Assembly (NCBI GenBank): GCA_017857595.1
Contig: JAFMCU010000003.1
Span: 7,403 to 71,402 of the forward strand
DNA from: Thermoprotei archaeon
Lineage (GTDB): Archaea; Thermoproteota; Thermoprotei; Gearchaeales; Gearchaeaceae
Length of the DNA stretch: 64,000 bases
Direction of reading: 5' to 3'
Positions 1-9,264 of this stretch are shown here, piece after piece. Each line of letters begins with the position of its first letter. Positions within the stretch are counted from its first letter, which is position 1. A program made the translations under genes and the position numbers. Under the pieces are notes generated by a model, which saw nothing but the letters and a program-made list of their open reading frames with translations, ran no database searches and was not told the origin of the DNA.

Positions 1-1224
1 GGCATATTTAATCCTATCAGGTATGTCCAAGCCGCGAACTAAAGGGCTATAAAATCTTGAATAACCAATGAGAACATCAACTTTACCTTCCTTGAATTCA
101 TTAATAGCTGAGTAATTCTTTGAAGTTACAATTGCAGATTTTATACCAATTCTTTCTAATCTCTTTTTTATTGACTCTAAACCTATGTTAAATTGTTCTG
201 AAGGTAGAAATATTATGCCTCCGCTTCCTACTAGTTTAATTATTTTTGTTAATGAGCGAATAATATTCTTACTTTCAACTTTAATATCATATATCTTTCT
301 AAAGACTTCCGTTGTTGAACCTGGTTCAAAATTTAACAGTAATTTTAGAAGTTTTATTCTGGAAGATGTTACTCTTGTTGTGGCACTAGAGAATATTAAT
401 TGGCCAACTTTATGTTCTGATTTGTATTTTTGAATCAAATTTATAATATCTTTTTTTTCTGAAAAATCGACGTCTCTTCTTTGAATCTTACCAATATACC
501 CTTTTATCTTTATTAATAATTCTTTATCAAAACCTATTAAATGTAGAATGTAGTCTATATTTTTAGACCTCTTTAACAATGCATCAACATCATCGACAAA
601 AACTAAATCAATAATGCCCAACTGATCTACAGATGTAAATAACTCACGATTTTTACTTAGGAAAGCTGGAGTTAAAATTGCTAATGTATAATTCTTATTG
701 ATTAATTTTTCTTTTAATATCCTTCTATTTTTGTCATTACTAGAGACTAAATTAATTTCTAATTTTAACGTAGATGCAAAATTTTCAAATTTTTCTTTAG
801 TTTGTTGAACTAATGCTTTAGTAGGAGTAATAAACATATATCTTTTATTCCTATCTTTTTGAATATTATAAAGAATGTATAAAATACCAAATGTTGTCTT
901 TCCAAGACCTGTAGGATATGTTATAGCAAAACTTTTTTCACTGATTGCTTTTATTAACCAATTTCTTTGTGCACTTAAAGGTTCACCAACCAATTTTTTT
1001 GCAAAATCAGAGAATTCATTTATTACCTTTTCTTGTTTAACGAATTCTAATAAATCACCAGTTAATTTACTCTTCTCATTTAAATATTCAATTAAATTTT
1101 CTTTATTAACTAACCTTAAATCTTTATCAGGTAAACAAGTTTCACAAACCAATCCATTTTCTAACCTAATTGAAGTAATATCGTTATAATCGTTCGGACA
1201 TAGCTTTTTTAATAATAGTTGCAT
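1..1224 (-). CDS. rgy: Reverse gyrase, N-terminal part (CDS continues beyond window start)
   Basis: Minus-strand ORF from ATG at 1224 is truncated by the window edge. The N-terminus has a Zn-finger (LCPNDYN...LVCETC). It carries helicase motif I PTGLGKTTFG and a reverse-gyrase-type motif II FVDDVDALLKRSKNIDYIL (DDVD rather than DEAD). It also has ...GLDIPDRIKYA. Confidence 0.8.
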   Translation of the reverse strand, partial: MQLLLKKLCPNDYNDITSIRLENGLVCETCLPDKDLRLVNKENLIEYLNEKSKLTGDLLEFVKQEKVINEFSDFAKKLVGEPLSAQRNWLIKAISEKSFAITYPTGLGKTTFGILYILYNIQKDRNKRYMFITPTKALVQQTKEKFENFASTLKLEINLVSSNDKNRRILKEKLINKNYTLAILTPAFLSKNRELFTSVDQLGIIDLVFVDDVDALLKRSKNIDYILHLIGFDKELLIKIKGYIGKIQRRDVDFSEKKDIINLIQKYKSEHKVGQLIFSSATTRVTSSRIKLLKLLLNFEPGSTTEVFRKIYDIKVESKNIIRSLTKIIKLVGSGGIIFLPSEQFNIGLESIKKRLERIGIKSAIVTSKNYSAINEFKEGKVDVLIGYSRFYSPLVRGLDIPDRIKYA

Positions 1225-1260
1225 TAAGCCTACATTATTTCTAAAAGTGTAATGTATTTT

Positions 1261-1596
1261 TTAAATGTTTTTAGTTTCTTCAAAATTATATATATGTCTT
1301 TTAACTGAGGTAATTTTTCTTATACGAATCATTCTCATTCTCTTTTCTATTATATCCATATCTTCATTTTTCACGAATATTCTATTAAAATTAAATTCCA
1401 GTCTTTTGAAACAACTTGGACAAGTGTGTGCATATCTTCTCAATATATCCAATGGAGAAATTACATCTTCTGCATCGTTAAAAAATTTGAACCCACAGGA
1501 TCCACATTTTATTGTTAAGGTCATACACATTACTCGTAATACTTTTTTTATTCTATTTTTTACAATTTGGTGCAAAAAACATGGGTTAAGAGACAT
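1261..1596 (-). CDS. Small C4 zinc-ribbon protein (hypothetical); true start probably at an internal Met (MCM/MTLTIK)
   Basis: CGSCG...(20 aa)...CPSC, a two-CxxC-pair zinc-ribbon pattern. Same strand as, and between, reverse gyrase and the OB-fold gene. The overlapping plus-strand ORF 1265..1702 is low-complexity and likely spurious. Confidence 0.35.
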   Translation of the reverse strand: MSLNPCFLHQIVKNRIKKVLRVMCMTLTIKCGSCGFKFFNDAEDVISPLDILRRYAHTCPSCFKRLEFNFNRIFVKNEDMDIIEKRMRMIRIRKITSVKRHIYNFEETKNI

Positions 1597-1710
1597 AGTC
1601 TTGAAAACATATTTTAAAATCTATGAAAAAAATAGATTAATTAATAATATTTCTTTTCATAAACATGAAATTTATTTTAAAAAAGATTTTAAAAGAAAAT
1701 AAAAAATTAT

Positions 1711-2004
1711 TTAAATTAAGGTAATTTTGCCTCTTCTACCTACATTTAAACTAATTATTCCCTTCCAACTTGTTACATAAGCTTTTTCAAGTTGAACGTA
1801 AGATCCTTCTTTAACTTTATTTATTTGTTCATTCCAAAGTGTTAAATATGTTTTTCCTGTTTCATCTTCAACGACCGCTCGAGCAACTTTAGCCTTGCCA
1901 TATATTGTATTAACATATTTTTCATATTCTATTGAGACAATTTTTACTGTGATAGAAATATCATTCATATCATTTCTTAAGTCTTTTGTTTTTACTCTCA
2001 TGTT
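1711..2004 (-). CDS. Single OB-fold ssDNA-binding protein (RPA/SSB-like)
   Basis: About 97 aa from the internal Met (MRVKTKDL...). The pattern V..aKVaravvEDETGkt.LTLWneq....eGsyv.l..ayv..w.g...LnvGrrGki is typical of short archaeal RPA OB folds. Confidence 0.45.
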   Translation of the reverse strand, partial: NMRVKTKDLRNDMNDISITVKIVSIEYEKYVNTIYGKAKVARAVVEDETGKTYLTLWNEQINKVKEGSYVQLEKAYVTSWKGIISLNVGRRGKITLI

Positions 2005-2107
2005 GGGTTCAGAGACTCTTAAAATAAGTATATAAATAGAAATATCAGCTTCCAATGGTATTACTAGGATAATTCTACAGATAATTCGGAATTTTTATTG
2101 AAGTAAG

Positions 2108-2719
2108 ATGTATTTTAATTTGATGAATAGGATTGAAATTCCAGAATATTCAATTAGTAAAAATGTGTTACTTGAAGCAAAAACTACTGCTTTAATAATT
2201 GTAGATATGCAAAATGATTTTGCTCACTCAAATGGAAAGTTATTTGTGCCTAATTCAAGAAATACTATCAATAAGATAAGTAATCTTATAAGAAAAGCTA
2301 GAGAAAAAAAAGTAAAAATTATATACACTCAAGATTGGCATACAAAAGATGATCTGGAATTTAAAATATGGGGCGAACATGCAGTACAAAATACATGGGG
2401 TTCGGAAATTGTTGATGAACTAAAACCTAACGAAAATGATATTATAATAAAAAAATTAAGATACGATGCTTTTTATGGAACATCATTGGATCATATTCTT
2501 AGAATTAACAATATTCAGAATTTAATAATAACAGGCACAGTTGCAAATATTTGCGTATTGCACACCGCTGGAAGTGCAGCCCTAAGATGGTATAAAGTAA
2601 TTCTACCTATAGATGCTATTTCTGCACTAAATGACTTTGATTATTATGCAGCAATTAGACAGGTTGATTTCTTATATAAAGGAATTATAACCACCTCTGA
2701 TGAAATAGAATTTATATAA
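2108..2719 (+). CDS. Isochorismatase-family cysteine hydrolase (nicotinamidase/pyrazinamidase-like)
   Basis: ALIIVDMQNDF motif, length about 200 aa, and a catalytic Cys context (VANICV). Confidence 0.7.
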   Translation: MYFNLMNRIEIPEYSISKNVLLEAKTTALIIVDMQNDFAHSNGKLFVPNSRNTINKISNLIRKAREKKVKIIYTQDWHTKDDLEFKIWGEHAVQNTWGSEIVDELKPNENDIIIKKLRYDAFYGTSLDHILRINNIQNLIITGTVANICVLHTAGSAALRWYKVILPIDAISALNDFDYYAAIRQVDFLYKGIITTSDEIEFI

Positions 2720-2720
2720 A

Positions 2721-3554
2721 ATGATAATCGATTTCCATGTTCATCCTCCAACAAATCAATTCATATCTACATTAGGTGAACTATTCGAACCTACAGTAAA
2801 GTATTTTAGAGCGAATTTTAAAGTTAGTGATTATAAAAGTTTTGCTGAAGATTTAAAAAATGAGGGAATAACGAAAGCAATATTGTTACCAATCATTTCC
2901 CACTTAAAAGGTGGGGGAAGAATAGAAAATGAACATATCAAAGAAATATGCAATTCAGATCCTGATTTGTTTTATGGTTTCGCATCCTTCGACATGAATA
3001 AAGATTACTTATCTGAATTAAAGTATGCTATAAATGAATTAGGCTTGAAGGGAATCAAAATACATCCTCAACTTCAAGTTATTAGACCTGATGATGAAAG
3101 ATTAAAGAAAGTTTATGATTTTGCTGACAAGTATAATTTACCTATAGTTATACATACAGGAATAACTGGAATAGGAGCTAATGTAAAGGGAGGTGGAGGC
3201 TTAAAATTAGATTTTGGAAGGCCAATTTACATAGATAATGTAGCATCTGAATATCCAAATGTTATTTTCATAATGGCCCATTTCGGTTGGCCTTGGTATG
3301 AAGAAGCTTTAGCTGTTGCCTATCATAAGGCAAATGTTTACATTGATATTAGTGGATGGTCTCCTAAGTATATACCGAATGTTGTAATTAGATATATGGA
3401 TTCTTTACTTCAAGATCGAACACTATTTGGAAGTGATTACCCGATGATAAGGCCTAGTAGAATAATAAATGAATTGAAACAAATAAATCTAAAAGAACAA
3501 ACAATTAAAAAAATTTTATATGAAAATGCATTAAAGATTTTAAATAAGTTGTAA
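2721..3554 (+). CDS. Amidohydrolase-2 family metal-dependent TIM-barrel hydrolase
   Basis: N-terminal IIDFHVHP metal-binding motif and a later HxGxxG...AHFGWPW motif; 277 aa. Confidence 0.6.
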   Translation: MIIDFHVHPPTNQFISTLGELFEPTVKYFRANFKVSDYKSFAEDLKNEGITKAILLPIISHLKGGGRIENEHIKEICNSDPDLFYGFASFDMNKDYLSELKYAINELGLKGIKIHPQLQVIRPDDERLKKVYDFADKYNLPIVIHTGITGIGANVKGGGGLKLDFGRPIYIDNVASEYPNVIFIMAHFGWPWYEEALAVAYHKANVYIDISGWSPKYIPNVVIRYMDSLLQDRTLFGSDYPMIRPSRIINELKQINLKEQTIKKILYENALKILNKL

Positions 3555-3606
3555 TATCAAATTAAATAAAAAACATTTTTAGATTATTTTAACATTATAA
3601 TAATGT

Positions 3607-4077
3607 ATGAGTGAATCTCAGCAAATCTTTAAATTAAGTACTGGTGTTATATTTGCAGCTGGTTATGCTAATAAACTTCGTAGAGTAGCATTAGCAGTTT
3701 TAGGCAATAATGTTCCAAGAGATATAATAATAAATGAAATTTCCAAGTTAAATCAAGAGCTGTATAAGGAAATTGTAGAAAAAATGAAAATCGAAAAAAG
3801 AGATCCAATCCAAATTACCCTCAATGCAATTTACGATAAACAGATGAATAAGTTGGAATTTAAAGATATTATTATAGAGAAATTTGTTCCAGAAAGTAAA
3901 ATTGCTTCTAGTTTAGAGAACGCTAATAAAGAAATAAATAGTCTTAAAGAAGAAATTTCCAATCTAAAAAATAAATATGAAAAAGAAATAGAAGCATATA
4001 AAAAACAAAGCGAGAAAGTTAAAGAATTTCTAAATAATTTATTAAACGAAGTTAAAAATCTGTTAGAAACTATTTAA
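3607..4077 (+). CDS. Hypothetical coiled-coil protein
   Basis: K/E-rich heptad-like C-terminal half; no recognizable catalytic motif. Confidence 0.3.
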   Translation: MSESQQIFKLSTGVIFAAGYANKLRRVALAVLGNNVPRDIIINEISKLNQELYKEIVEKMKIEKRDPIQITLNAIYDKQMNKLEFKDIIIEKFVPESKIASSLENANKEINSLKEEISNLKNKYEKEIEAYKKQSEKVKEFLNNLLNEVKNLLETI

Positions 4078-4342
4078 TTTTTTTCTTTATAGTAACTGTA
4101 AATTGTCTTTCAGCAGTTGTAACTGGTATGTATTCTAGTTCAACGCCTAACTTTTCTTTAGCAAGTTTGTTTAAAATTTCCATGTTATTTCTACCTAATG
4201 GAACTATTAGTTTATAGGGAGCGTTTATCTTTACCATTTTTTCTATTCTTTCTAAATACTTAGATAGTATTGGAATAACCTCATCTTCTCTCATCTTAAC
4301 TTTTTGCGCTGTCAAATCAGATTTTTTATCTAGTTCTACCAT
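4070..4342 (-). CDS. Hypothetical small protein (90 aa)
   Basis: Complete ORF, convergent with the previous gene and overlapping it by 8 nt; no motif recognised. Confidence 0.25.
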   Translation of the reverse strand: MVELDKKSDLTAQKVKMREDEVIPILSKYLERIEKMVKINAPYKLIVPLGRNNMEILNKLAKEKLGVELEYIPVTTAERQFTVTIKKKIK

Positions 4343-4362
4343 ATCAAAGATAAAATAGCTCT

Positions 4363-5325
4363 ATGCTCGATAAAAATTTAAAACTTGAAGAAATTTATAA
4401 TGCGAAAACTAGAATAAGCAAATTAACTTTTCAAACACCCATAATAAAAAGTGAAATATTAAGTGAAGAGTTTGGTAAAGGGATTTATTTCAAATGTGAA
4501 TTCATGCATGAAGTTGGTTCATTCAAGATAAGAGGAGTAGCAAATAAAGTGCTTAAACAAATAGAAAATGGACATAAACCTAGAATGCTTGTAACAGCAT
4601 CCAGTGGTAATCACGGTATCGCTGTAGCATATGTAGGCAATCTTCTAAAAATTCCTGTAGTAGTTTTTGTTCCAGAAGTAGGAACAGATTACAAATTATA
4701 TAAAATGTCTAGATTAGGTGCTAAGATAATAAGAGCAGGGAAGTATTCTGATATAGCCAATAGACATGCTGAAAAGTATGCAAATGAAAATGGAGCGTTG
4801 TATATTCATTCATATGATGATCCTGATGTAATCTCTGGCCAAGGAACGGTAGGATTGGAAATATATGAGCAAAATAAAAATATAGATTGTGTAATATTTC
4901 CTGTTGGCGGTGGAGGCTTAATAGCAGGTGCCTCCTATTATTTAAAACAAATAAATCCAGAAATTAAAGTTATAGGTGTTCAATCAGAATCTGTACCTTC
5001 AATGTATGATGCTATGCTGAAAAATAAAATAATAACTGTTAAAGCTAAAAAAACAATAGCTGAAGGTATGGCGGTTAGAAAAGTAGGTAAAATTGCTTTT
5101 GAAGTTTCAAAAAAATATGTAGATGAAATTCTTCTTGTAAAAGAAGAAGAGATCATAAATTCTTTAATAAAAATCTTTGATGCTGAAAGAATATTGATTG
5201 AAGCAAGCGCAGCTTCATCTTTTGCTATAATATTTAGATATAAAGAAAAATTAAAGAATAATAATTGCTTTGTTCTTACTGGAAGAAATATTTCTTCAAA
5301 AATATTTAAAAAAGTTCTAAGATAA
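4363..5325 (+). CDS. PLP-dependent threonine/serine dehydratase (PALP family)
   Basis: SFKIRGVANK PLP-lysine motif, GNHG, and a Gly-rich GGGGLIAG loop; 320 aa (catabolic-type length). Confidence 0.65.
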   Translation: MLDKNLKLEEIYNAKTRISKLTFQTPIIKSEILSEEFGKGIYFKCEFMHEVGSFKIRGVANKVLKQIENGHKPRMLVTASSGNHGIAVAYVGNLLKIPVVVFVPEVGTDYKLYKMSRLGAKIIRAGKYSDIANRHAEKYANENGALYIHSYDDPDVISGQGTVGLEIYEQNKNIDCVIFPVGGGGLIAGASYYLKQINPEIKVIGVQSESVPSMYDAMLKNKIITVKAKKTIAEGMAVRKVGKIAFEVSKKYVDEILLVKEEEIINSLIKIFDAERILIEASAASSFAIIFRYKEKLKNNNCFVLTGRNISSKIFKKVLR

Positions 5326-5326
5326 T

Positions 5327-5992
5327 TTACTCAGGTTTTAATATTACTAGTTCTATTTCTTTAGGTAATTTTCCTTTAAGGTATTCAGCGTCTGCTTCTG
5401 AACCAACTATAGTACCATAATGCATTGGAATTACAATTTTAGGTTTAATATCTTTAGCTGCCTCTATAGCTTCTTCTTTAGTCATAACATAAGTGCCTGA
5501 GACGGGTAATAATGCAATGGTTGGCTTTAAGTTTTTCATTTCTGGTATATGATCTGTATCTCCTGCATGATAAATTGATGTCTCTCCAAATGTTACCACA
5601 TAACCTACTTTATTGTCTTCTTTAGGGTGAAAAACAACACCTGGTGCTCTAAATTTATTTACATTATATGCATTTACTGCTTTAACCTTGATTAGGTCAA
5701 AGCTTAATTCGTCTCCTGGTTTAACATAGTATTTTTTGTTCTCTTTAAATTTTTCTAATTCATCTTTGCATTCGGTCGGTGCAATAAGAACGGTGCCTTT
5801 TGACAAAACTTTATTTATATCTTCAGGTGATAGATGGTCAAAATGGTTATGTGATATTAGTATGTAATCTGCTTTTTCTTTTTGCGGCTTTATTTTATAA
5901 GGATCAAAATATACATACTTACCTTTGTATTCTACTTTAAAGCTGTCATGACCTAGCCATGTTATTTTAAGGTCTTTATAGTTGTAAACCAT
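5327..5992 (-). CDS. UPF0173-family metallo-beta-lactamase-fold hydrolase
   Basis: KITWLGHDSF...ILISHNHFDHLS (an HxHxDH-like motif); about 220 aa, typical of the archaeal UPF0173 family. Confidence 0.65.
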   Translation of the reverse strand: MVYNYKDLKITWLGHDSFKVEYKGKYVYFDPYKIKPQKEKADYILISHNHFDHLSPEDINKVLSKGTVLIAPTECKDELEKFKENKKYYVKPGDELSFDLIKVKAVNAYNVNKFRAPGVVFHPKEDNKVGYVVTFGETSIYHAGDTDHIPEMKNLKPTIALLPVSGTYVMTKEEAIEAAKDIKPKIVIPMHYGTIVGSEADAEYLKGKLPKEIELVILKPE

Positions 5993-6028
5993 ATACTTAA
6001 AAACTTAATACAGAGTTTTAAATTTAAT

Positions 6029-6961
6029 TTAAGTTAAAAGGCCTTCCTTTTTAAGTTCTTCTATTGCATTATAAATAGCATTTGCTCCTTTCATAAATTT
6101 TTCTTTTTCTTCTTCGTTAAGATTTAATTCAATAATTTGTTCCCATCCGTTTTTACCTAGAATAACAGGTACGCCAATACATATATCTTTCAAGCCATAT
6201 TCCCCGTCAAGATAAACAGAAGCTGGTATTATATCTTTCTTATCTCTTACAATACTCTCTACCATTGTCGCAACGCAGCTTATAGGTGCATAAACAGTAG
6301 CACCTTTTAATGAAATGACTTCTGCTGCAATCTTTCTAGTATTTTCTTCTGCTGCTAAAATTTGTTCTTTAGAAAGTATATCGCTTATTCTAATTCCTCC
6401 TAAAGTTGAATACCGAGGCATAGGTAGCATATTCTCTCCATGTTCACCTATTACAAGCGCTTTAATTGCGCTTCTACCGACATTCAACATATTAGCTAAG
6501 CTCTCTCTGTAACGAGATGAATCTAGAAGCCCTCCCATTCCTATGACATGTTTTCTAGGAAATCCAGTTATTTTGAATACTATATAATTCATTACATCCA
6601 TCGGATTCGTTACCGTGATAACGATAGAATTTTCACAATATTTAGAGATATTTTGGGCTACTTCCTTAATTATACCTGCATTTGTCTTCAAAAGATCCAT
6701 CCTTGTCATTCCAGGTTTTCTCGCAAATCCAGCTGTTACAACAATTATATCTGAATCTTTTATGTCCTTATATTCGTTGGATCCGACCACTTTCACACTT
6801 TTTCCTTTTTCAGATGCCATTTGGTTTAAATCCATAGCTTCACCTTGTGGCAATCCTTTAACTATATCTACAAGAACTATTTCATTTGCAAGATCTCTGT
6901 TTATTATTTCAAACGCAGACATACTTCCTATTCTTCCTGCTCCTATTACTGATATTTTCAT
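6029..6961 (-). CDS. mdh: Malate dehydrogenase (LDH-like MDH family)
   Basis: N-terminal Rossmann motif KISVIGAGRIGS, VTNPMDVM, catalytic His in IGEHGE context; 310 aa. Confidence 0.8.
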   Translation of the reverse strand: MKISVIGAGRIGSMSAFEIINRDLANEIVLVDIVKGLPQGEAMDLNQMASEKGKSVKVVGSNEYKDIKDSDIIVVTAGFARKPGMTRMDLLKTNAGIIKEVAQNISKYCENSIVITVTNPMDVMNYIVFKITGFPRKHVIGMGGLLDSSRYRESLANMLNVGRSAIKALVIGEHGENMLPMPRYSTLGGIRISDILSKEQILAAEENTRKIAAEVISLKGATVYAPISCVATMVESIVRDKKDIIPASVYLDGEYGLKDICIGVPVILGKNGWEQIIELNLNEEEKEKFMKGANAIYNAIEELKKEGLLT

Positions 6962-7037
6962 CGAAATTATAACGAGTTATTTGAATTTATATTTTCGAAA
7001 AGTCTATATAATGAAAAATTTAAAAGATATTTTATAA

Positions 7038-7643
7038 ATGAACATAATAGACAATTTGATACAATTTTTTATAGGTAATTATGTCGGAATTATGATTTTA
7101 ATGCTTTTAGAATCTGCTTCATTACCTGTGCCAAGTGAAGTTGTTATGCCATTAGCAGGTGTTTTATCTAGATTGGGAATTTTGAATTTATATTATGCAA
7201 TTTTTTTTGGTACTGTTGGAAGTTTGATAGGGTCGATAATTGATTACCTCATAGGCTATAAGTTGGGTTATCCCTTTTTAGAAAGATATGGACACTATTT
7301 TTTAATAAATAAAAATCGCCTTGATCAGGTTATTTATCTATTCAACAAGTATGGTATTATAATAGTTTTGATTGCAAGGTTTATACCTTTAATAAGAACA
7401 CTTATTTCTTTTCCTGCTGGGATAGGAAAAATGAATGTCAATAAATTTTTAATAATAACATTGATTGGTAATCTATCTTGGAATTCAATACTTTCAATTT
7501 TAGGCTATGTATATTATGAACAATGGCAATTTTTAATTTCGTTATTAAATGAATATTTATACATATTTGCCGGAATAATATTTACTTCTTTAATAATTTA
7601 CTATTTTTTAATAAGGAAATTTCTACATAAAATATCTTTTTAA
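7038..7643 (+). CDS. DedA/SNARE-associated family membrane protein
   Basis: Multi-TM protein; LESASLPVPSEVVMPLAG and RFIPLIRTLISFPAGIGKM match the DedA signature. Confidence 0.65.
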   Translation: MNIIDNLIQFFIGNYVGIMILMLLESASLPVPSEVVMPLAGVLSRLGILNLYYAIFFGTVGSLIGSIIDYLIGYKLGYPFLERYGHYFLINKNRLDQVIYLFNKYGIIIVLIARFIPLIRTLISFPAGIGKMNVNKFLIITLIGNLSWNSILSILGYVYYEQWQFLISLLNEYLYIFAGIIFTSLIIYYFLIRKFLHKISF

Positions 7644-7978
7644 CCATATCTATATCCTATTCCTTTACCATGCAATGGATACCTAAATTGTATATTTGAA
7701 TAAGGGCAAACTATTCTGCAACTTCCACATTCTACACAATTATCGTAAGAAATTATTAATCTATTTTCTTCCCATTTATAAACATCTGCAGGGCATACTA
7801 TAATACAAGGTTTATGATTACATTTTATGCATGTTTCATTATCCTTTATCACAAGATGAGATACATCATCTCTTTTATATCTAGCCAAAAATAATTTACC
7901 TTCTACATTAGAATTTTCTTCTTTTTTATATACTGGAATTTCTTCTTTTTGTTTTTGAATATAAATTTGTTGACTCAA
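7640..7978 (-). CDS. fixX: Ferredoxin-like protein FixX
   Basis: CIKCNHKPCIIVCP...CVECGSCRIVCP cysteine pattern; about 110 aa; immediately downstream of fixC. Confidence 0.7.
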   Translation of the reverse strand: MSQQIYIQKQKEEIPVYKKEENSNVEGKLFLARYKRDDVSHLVIKDNETCIKCNHKPCIIVCPADVYKWEENRLIISYDNCVECGSCRIVCPYSNIQFRYPLHGKGIGYRYG

Positions 7979-9264
7979 AATAATATCCCTCTTATTAAAT
8001 CAGAAATATCCTTTATAAGCTTGATAGGTCCTACTTTACTAATAATAACATCTCTAATTCTCTTTATCTTTATTTCTTTGGGTTCACCATCAACTGTATG
8101 CCATAACCTTAGGATATCCCTCAACATTTCAGGATAAGAGCTAAAAAAGTGCTTGTTCTTGTACAAAAAAGGAGGAATTCTTCTAAATTTTCTAAGATCT
8201 CTAAGAACGAAACTGTTTCTCAATTTTGTTTCATAAATTTTTAGTACATTTGCACTAAAATCTTTCACTTTATGAGCATAAATAGCTGTTTCGCCAGCTA
8301 ATATACCAGATTCTGCTGCTAAGTTTGTTCCTTCCCATCCCACAACGTTAACTAGTAATGCAGCATCTCCAACTACCATCATACCGTTAGTATACAATTT
8401 TGGTATTGCATTATATCCTCCTTCTGGTATAAGATGAGCCGAATATTCCTTTAAAATTCCATCTTTTATGTAAGGATAAATTGCAGGATGTCTTTTGAAC
8501 TTCTCGTAAAGCTTATTCGGTCTTATGTTATTACTTACTAGATCGCTAAGAAGTACACCTATTCCAACAGATAATGCTTCTCTATCAGTATATAAAAATC
8601 CGCCACCTGTCATACCCTTTAACGGTCCTCCAATAATTGTGGCAGCAACACCTTCTTCAGTCTTTACTTGGAACATTTCATCTATTTTTGTCCTTTGTAC
8701 TTCAATTACTTCTTTTACACCTAATGCTAATTGGTGGGGTTTCCATTCATCATGAAGACCTGCTTTTTGTGCTAATAACGAATTTGCACCATCTGCAGCG
8801 ATAACAATATTCCCAAATAGCTCTCCTCTATCTGTATTAACACCTATCACCTTTCCATCCTTTATTATAGGTTCAAGAGCTTGTGTTCTTGTTATTAACA
8901 TAGCACCAGCTTCTTGAGCTTTTTTTGCATACCATGCATCAAATTTTGCTCTTAAAGCAGTGTATCCACTGGGATTATTTTCAAAAGCATCATCCCTATA
9001 GACAAGTTTAATAAATGAGTCATCGAGTAAAATCCAATATTGGTATTCAACTACTTTTCTTTCTAAAGGTGCAGTTTTTACAAAATCAGGGATTAATTTT
9101 TCAAAGGGATGCTTAAATAAGACACCCCCGAATAAATTTTTTTCGCCTGGTATATTTCCTCTTTCAATTATTACAGTATTTAATCCGGCTCTTGCAGTAA
9201 CTATAGCTGCAGACACTCCCGCAGGTCCTGCACCTACTACAACAACATCAAATTTTTCAACCAT
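7975..9264 (-). CDS. fixC: Electron-transfer flavoprotein-quinone oxidoreductase FixC (FAD-dependent)
   Basis: FDVVVVGAGPAGVSAA FAD-binding motif; 429 aa; clustered with etfBA and fixX. Confidence 0.8.
   Translation of the reverse strand: MVEKFDVVVVGAGPAGVSAAIVTARAGLNTVIIERGNIPGEKNLFGGVLFKHPFEKLIPDFVKTAPLERKVVEYQYWILLDDSFIKLVYRDDAFENNPSGYTALRAKFDAWYAKKAQEAGAMLITRTQALEPIIKDGKVIGVNTDRGELFGNIVIAADGANSLLAQKAGLHDEWKPHQLALGVKEVIEVQRTKIDEMFQVKTEEGVAATIIGGPLKGMTGGGFLYTDREALSVGIGVLLSDLVSNNIRPNKLYEKFKRHPAIYPYIKDGILKEYSAHLIPEGGYNAIPKLYTNGMMVVGDAALLVNVVGWEGTNLAAESGILAGETAIYAHKVKDFSANVLKIYETKLRNSFVLRDLRKFRRIPPFLYKNKHFFSSYPEMLRDILRLWHTVDGEPKEIKIKRIRDVIISKVGPIKLIKDISDLIRGILF

Noticed and set aside
185-1189. 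Plus-strand ORFs 185..433 and 875..1189
   Set aside because: They lie antisense to the clearly coding reverse-gyrase frame (helicase motifs readable on the minus strand). Their sequences are low-complexity with no motifs.
1265-1702. Plus-strand 145-aa ORF overlapping the zinc-ribbon gene
   Set aside because: It is an Ile/Leu/Phe-rich translation of an AT-rich antisense strand. The minus-strand ORF carries a convincing C4 zinc-ribbon pattern, so the plus-strand ORF is judged spurious.
6315-7037. ORFs 6315..6512, 6548..6754 and 6615..7037 on the plus strand
   Set aside because: All lie inside and antisense to the malate dehydrogenase gene. They are shadow ORFs.
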